Shown piece after piece: positions 61,174-64,000 of a stretch of DNA of 64,000 nt; the stretch's first letter is position 1, and each line of letters opens with the position of its first letter. Source of the stretch: a virus. Below the pieces are notes generated by a model. The model saw only the letters and a list, made by a program, of their open reading frames with translations. It searched no databases and was not told the DNA's origin. The stretch lies in IMG/VR virus record IMGVR_UViG_3300045988_140747, one strand, 5' to 3'. The position numbers were made by a program, and so were the translations under genes.

Positions 61174-62807
61174 AAAATGTTATCTCTCTTGGAGAAATGG
61201 ATCCCGCGCGATTCAATGATGGATATCCGCAGCTTCTTGGATCTATCAAAAGCACTTTCGACACTGCTGTTTACAACACCAACGAGCCGTTATTTCTGAC
61301 GGACGCATTCGGCCTTTACGACCTGTTCCTTGCGAATCTCCCTTCCGAAGCGCGTCAGCACTACAACTGCCGTGCGTGTCGGAACTTTGTGGAACGGTAT
61401 GGTGGACTTGTTTGCATCGATAAACACACCGGAGACCTTCATCCGGTTATGTGGAGCGACAAGAAGCGTGAAATTCCTCCGTTTTTTTATGCGGCCGTGT
61501 CTGCCATTCGTAAGCGAGTTCTTGATGCCACTGTTGTTGGCATTTTTGTTCCATCCAAGATGAACCTTGGCGTTGAGCGAACCGGATCGTGGGAGCACAT
61601 GTATGTAAGCATCCCTGCTCATGCGGTGTACTACAACCCGCTCAAAACAGCCGAGCAGAAGTTTGCGGAGAACAAGGAAGATTTCAGATGTCTGTTCGAC
61701 TACGTGAAGAAATACTCCAGAAATTCAAGGCAGTATGTCCAGACGGCGATCAATTACCTTGGAACAGGTGTTTTGTACCGGGGCGATAGATTTACACCGC
61801 AGGCTACATGGTTTCTTGATATCCTCAACGATCTTCTCAAAACGAGAAAGTGGAAAAACATTGTATGGTGGAGGACTGCAACCGCACCTACTGGATGGTG
61901 CCACATTGGGAACAGCGTTCTCGGAGCACTGATTGACGACATTGCTGCTGGATACAGCTTTGAAGATATCAAAGCACGATTCGAGTCTAAGATGGACTCT
62001 GCCCAGTACCAACGCCCACAGGCTGCACCTGCAGAAGGAAACATCGCCAGAGCCGAAAGCATCGTTGCGAAGCTTGGAATTGAAAACTCTTTAAAACGGC
62101 GCTTTGCTCGGCTTGATGAAATTCGGAAGATCTGGACCCCGAAAGGTAATGTCTCACGTTCTGAAAGCGGTGTGTTTCGTAACGTACAGCCAAAACAAAA
62201 GAAGCAGCAAGTTGATCCATGCACTGGCGGCATCGTTACCATGACTTGGGAAAAGTTCCGCAGAAAAGTTCTTCCCGAAGCGCTGAAAATCGAATACCTC
62301 GTTGGCTGCGAAAGGCATCCGTTCGGAGCTATCGTTACAGCGCAAGACCACGATGCCCCACCAATAATAAAATGGGACACCGAGCGGAACAGGAATCCGT
62401 TCTCGTGGTATGTGTACAGAGGCGGGTCGTTCCCAGAGAGTTGGAACCTTCCCAGAAACGCTTATGTTGAAGTTGACGGAATCACTCTCCAGCCTAACCT
62501 CTGGAACGATGAATTTGATCTGTACGGATGCGGGACTTCCGTGATCTTCATTCTTCATGGCGCTAAGGACACTGGGTACAAAGGATCTGGGTCGGCGTTA
62601 TTTCCTGAGCTTCTCAAGTCCGATCTGCGAGAAGTTCGATCCACGATCGAAGCCTTTTCCAAAAAGACTGATCTTGACGGATATGATTCGGCCTCTGCAT
62701 GCGGACTGCGCCTAGAAGGAAACGACAGTCGAACTTGGAACACGGAAATCTTCCGCGTCACTACCCAATATGGGGCTACGCTATACAAACTTGACCGTTG
62801 GGATTGA
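61170..62807 (+). CDS. Large conserved hypothetical early protein (545 aa)
   Basis: HYNCRACRNFVERYGG motif; no family confidently recognised. Confidence 0.5.
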   Translation: MKNVISLGEMDPARFNDGYPQLLGSIKSTFDTAVYNTNEPLFLTDAFGLYDLFLANLPSEARQHYNCRACRNFVERYGGLVCIDKHTGDLHPVMWSDKKREIPPFFYAAVSAIRKRVLDATVVGIFVPSKMNLGVERTGSWEHMYVSIPAHAVYYNPLKTAEQKFAENKEDFRCLFDYVKKYSRNSRQYVQTAINYLGTGVLYRGDRFTPQATWFLDILNDLLKTRKWKNIVWWRTATAPTGWCHIGNSVLGALIDDIAAGYSFEDIKARFESKMDSAQYQRPQAAPAEGNIARAESIVAKLGIENSLKRRFARLDEIRKIWTPKGNVSRSESGVFRNVQPKQKKQQVDPCTGGIVTMTWEKFRRKVLPEALKIEYLVGCERHPFGAIVTAQDHDAPPIIKWDTERNRNPFSWYVYRGGSFPESWNLPRNAYVEVDGITLQPNLWNDEFDLYGCGTSVIFILHGAKDTGYKGSGSALFPELLKSDLREVRSTIEAFSKKTDLDGYDSASACGLRLEGNDSRTWNTEIFRVTTQYGATLYKLDRWD

Positions 62808-62816
62808 GAGGCAAAA

Positions 62817-62990
62817 ATGAAGAAGAAGCTTTGCAAACCGTGCGCAATTAAGCTGACCAGCCTTGGCTACAAGGTTGTTCATGTGTATGGGAAAAATGAA
62901 AAGGTCACCTGTGATGAGTGTGGGAACCGCCGATTCGGATGCACCTACGAAGTTGATCTAAATACGGAGCACGTCAACGAAAAGGCGTGA
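62817..62990 (+). CDS. Small zinc-ribbon protein (57 aa)
   Basis: CKPC...CDECG. Below the ORF-track cutoff. Confidence 0.4.
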   Translation: MKKKLCKPCAIKLTSLGYKVVHVYGKNEKVTCDECGNRRFGCTYEVDLNTEHVNEKA

Positions 62991-63096
62991 AATCGCATCA
63001 AACCTTCATAAAGAACCGGGAGAACGTACATAAATAAGAATCCATCAAACTTCCCATTATCTGCAAAAAAGCCGTTAAACAGGCTTACAATTCGTT

Positions 63097-63137
63097 ATAA
63101 GGCGTAGGGCGAAATGCTCTGCGCCTTATATTTTTTT
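63097..63137 (+). terminator. Rho-independent terminator
   Basis: Stem ataaggcg/cgccttat, then ATTTTTTT. Confidence 0.55.
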
Positions 63138-63373
63138 GCAAACTGTCAATATCTGAACTTCAAGTTTCAGTTTTGAATTATTGCTCTTTACGTCCTGTGA
63201 TTTCCAAATGGTAATTCTTCATTATCTAAACGTCAGGTATTACAAAGAGGCTGACCGGGACGTTCGCAAAGGATGTGGCGAAAATCCCTATGAAAAGCAG
63301 ATCGACTCTATCATCATGGACCTTCTTGAAATGAAACGGAGTATCCAAAACGAAAAGAAATCCGTATAACATA

Positions 63374-63417
63374 AAAAGGCCCGATTTGTCACCGTTTGGC
63401 GACAGCTCGGGCCTTTT
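63374..63417. terminator. Bidirectional terminator between convergent transcription units
   Basis: 11-bp stem aaaaggcccga/tcgggcctttt, with A-run and T-run flanks. Confidence 0.65.
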
Positions 63418-63426
63418 GCATACCTG

Positions 63427-63969
63427 TTAATTTTTATTTCGAGCCTTTATGACCGCAAGAACGCCAGCAATCTCCTCCGCGTTAGCTGCCGCCTTTTTGT
63501 ACTGATCCCATTTCTTGTTGACCTCTGAATTGATGAGGCTTATGTAGATTATCGGTGTGTCGATGTCGTTTACGGATATTTTTATGCCGAGATCGCTGCA
63601 TACACTTGATACCTTACTTGCTGTTGCTCCCAGAAGAGCTCCGGTCAGCCCTCCGCCCATTGCTCCGACTGCCGTCCCGAGCAGACTTCCTCCGACAACA
63701 TCGTCGCCATTTTCCACCACGGAATAGTCGAGAAGCTCTGAAAATGAATACTGCCTAGGACTTACAGATGGAGCACACCATGTTTGGTCGTTTTCGTTCA
63801 CATAGAGATAGTCGCCCACACACTTTGTTGCACTGGACTTTGCCGCAGTTAGTGCTGTCTCTGTTTTCGCACGCTCATCTGCCGCACGCTTTTTGTCGAT
63901 GCTTTTTTTTGCGTTTCCGATAAAAAGAGCGGCAAATAAAAGCCAGATGATCATCCTAGTCAAGTGCAT
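63427..63969 (-). CDS. Membrane/secreted protein with glycine-zipper segment (180 aa)
   Basis: The only convincing minus-strand gene. N-terminal signal/TM MIIWLLFAALFIG and GGSLLGTAVGAMGGGLTGALLGA. Confidence 0.5.
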   Translation of the reverse strand: MHLTRMIIWLLFAALFIGNAKKSIDKKRAADERAKTETALTAAKSSATKCVGDYLYVNENDQTWCAPSVSPRQYSFSELLDYSVVENGDDVVGGSLLGTAVGAMGGGLTGALLGATASKVSSVCSDLGIKISVNDIDTPIIYISLINSEVNKKWDQYKKAAANAEEIAGVLAVIKARNKN

Positions 63970-64000
63970 ATCATCATCTGAAAATCCGGAAATAATTGCA

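Noticed and set aside
63181-63369. 62-aa TTG-start ORF between two terminators.
   Set aside because: It has a weak start context, no RBS and no recognisable motif. It is left unannotated.

Overview
The window is an almost uninterrupted, single-orientation (+ strand) segment of a tailed dsDNA phage or prophage with a contractile-tail (myovirus-type) structural module. The host is probably a Gram-positive anaerobe, judging from strong GGAGG ribosome-binding sites (RBS), an M15-type endolysin and LL-H/phiLC3-type holins. Gene order: (1) SSB 3' end and about 35 small early genes, including dUTPase, an HslV-like peptidase, a sigma-region-4-like regulator, two Lar-like zinc ribbons, an orphan HicB-like gene and DUF551-like paralogs. 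(2) A tRNA/structured-RNA island containing ThyX. (3) A 7-gene sugar-modification cluster with an embedded ParB-like gene. (4) Terminase; the large subunit has an apparent frameshift. (5) A ~2,060-aa portal-fused polyvalent protein (Nudix, ART-like, zincin, ParB-like, C-terminal ADP-ribosyltransferase), followed by an ADP-ribosylglycohydrolase. (6) MuF, scaffold, capsid, sheath, tube, chaperone (-1 frameshift), tape measure and baseplate. (7) Tail fibres interrupted by a Cys-x3-repeat protein plus a radical SAM/SPASM enzyme. (8) A lysis cassette. (9) A second early-type module (HD, ASCH, RHH). (10) One minus-strand membrane gene. I saw no rRNA, CRISPR array, integrase, transposase or reverse transcriptase. 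All functional names come from motifs recognised by eye in the supplied translations. No database search, RNA folding or statistics could be run, so family assignments are hypotheses of graded confidence.
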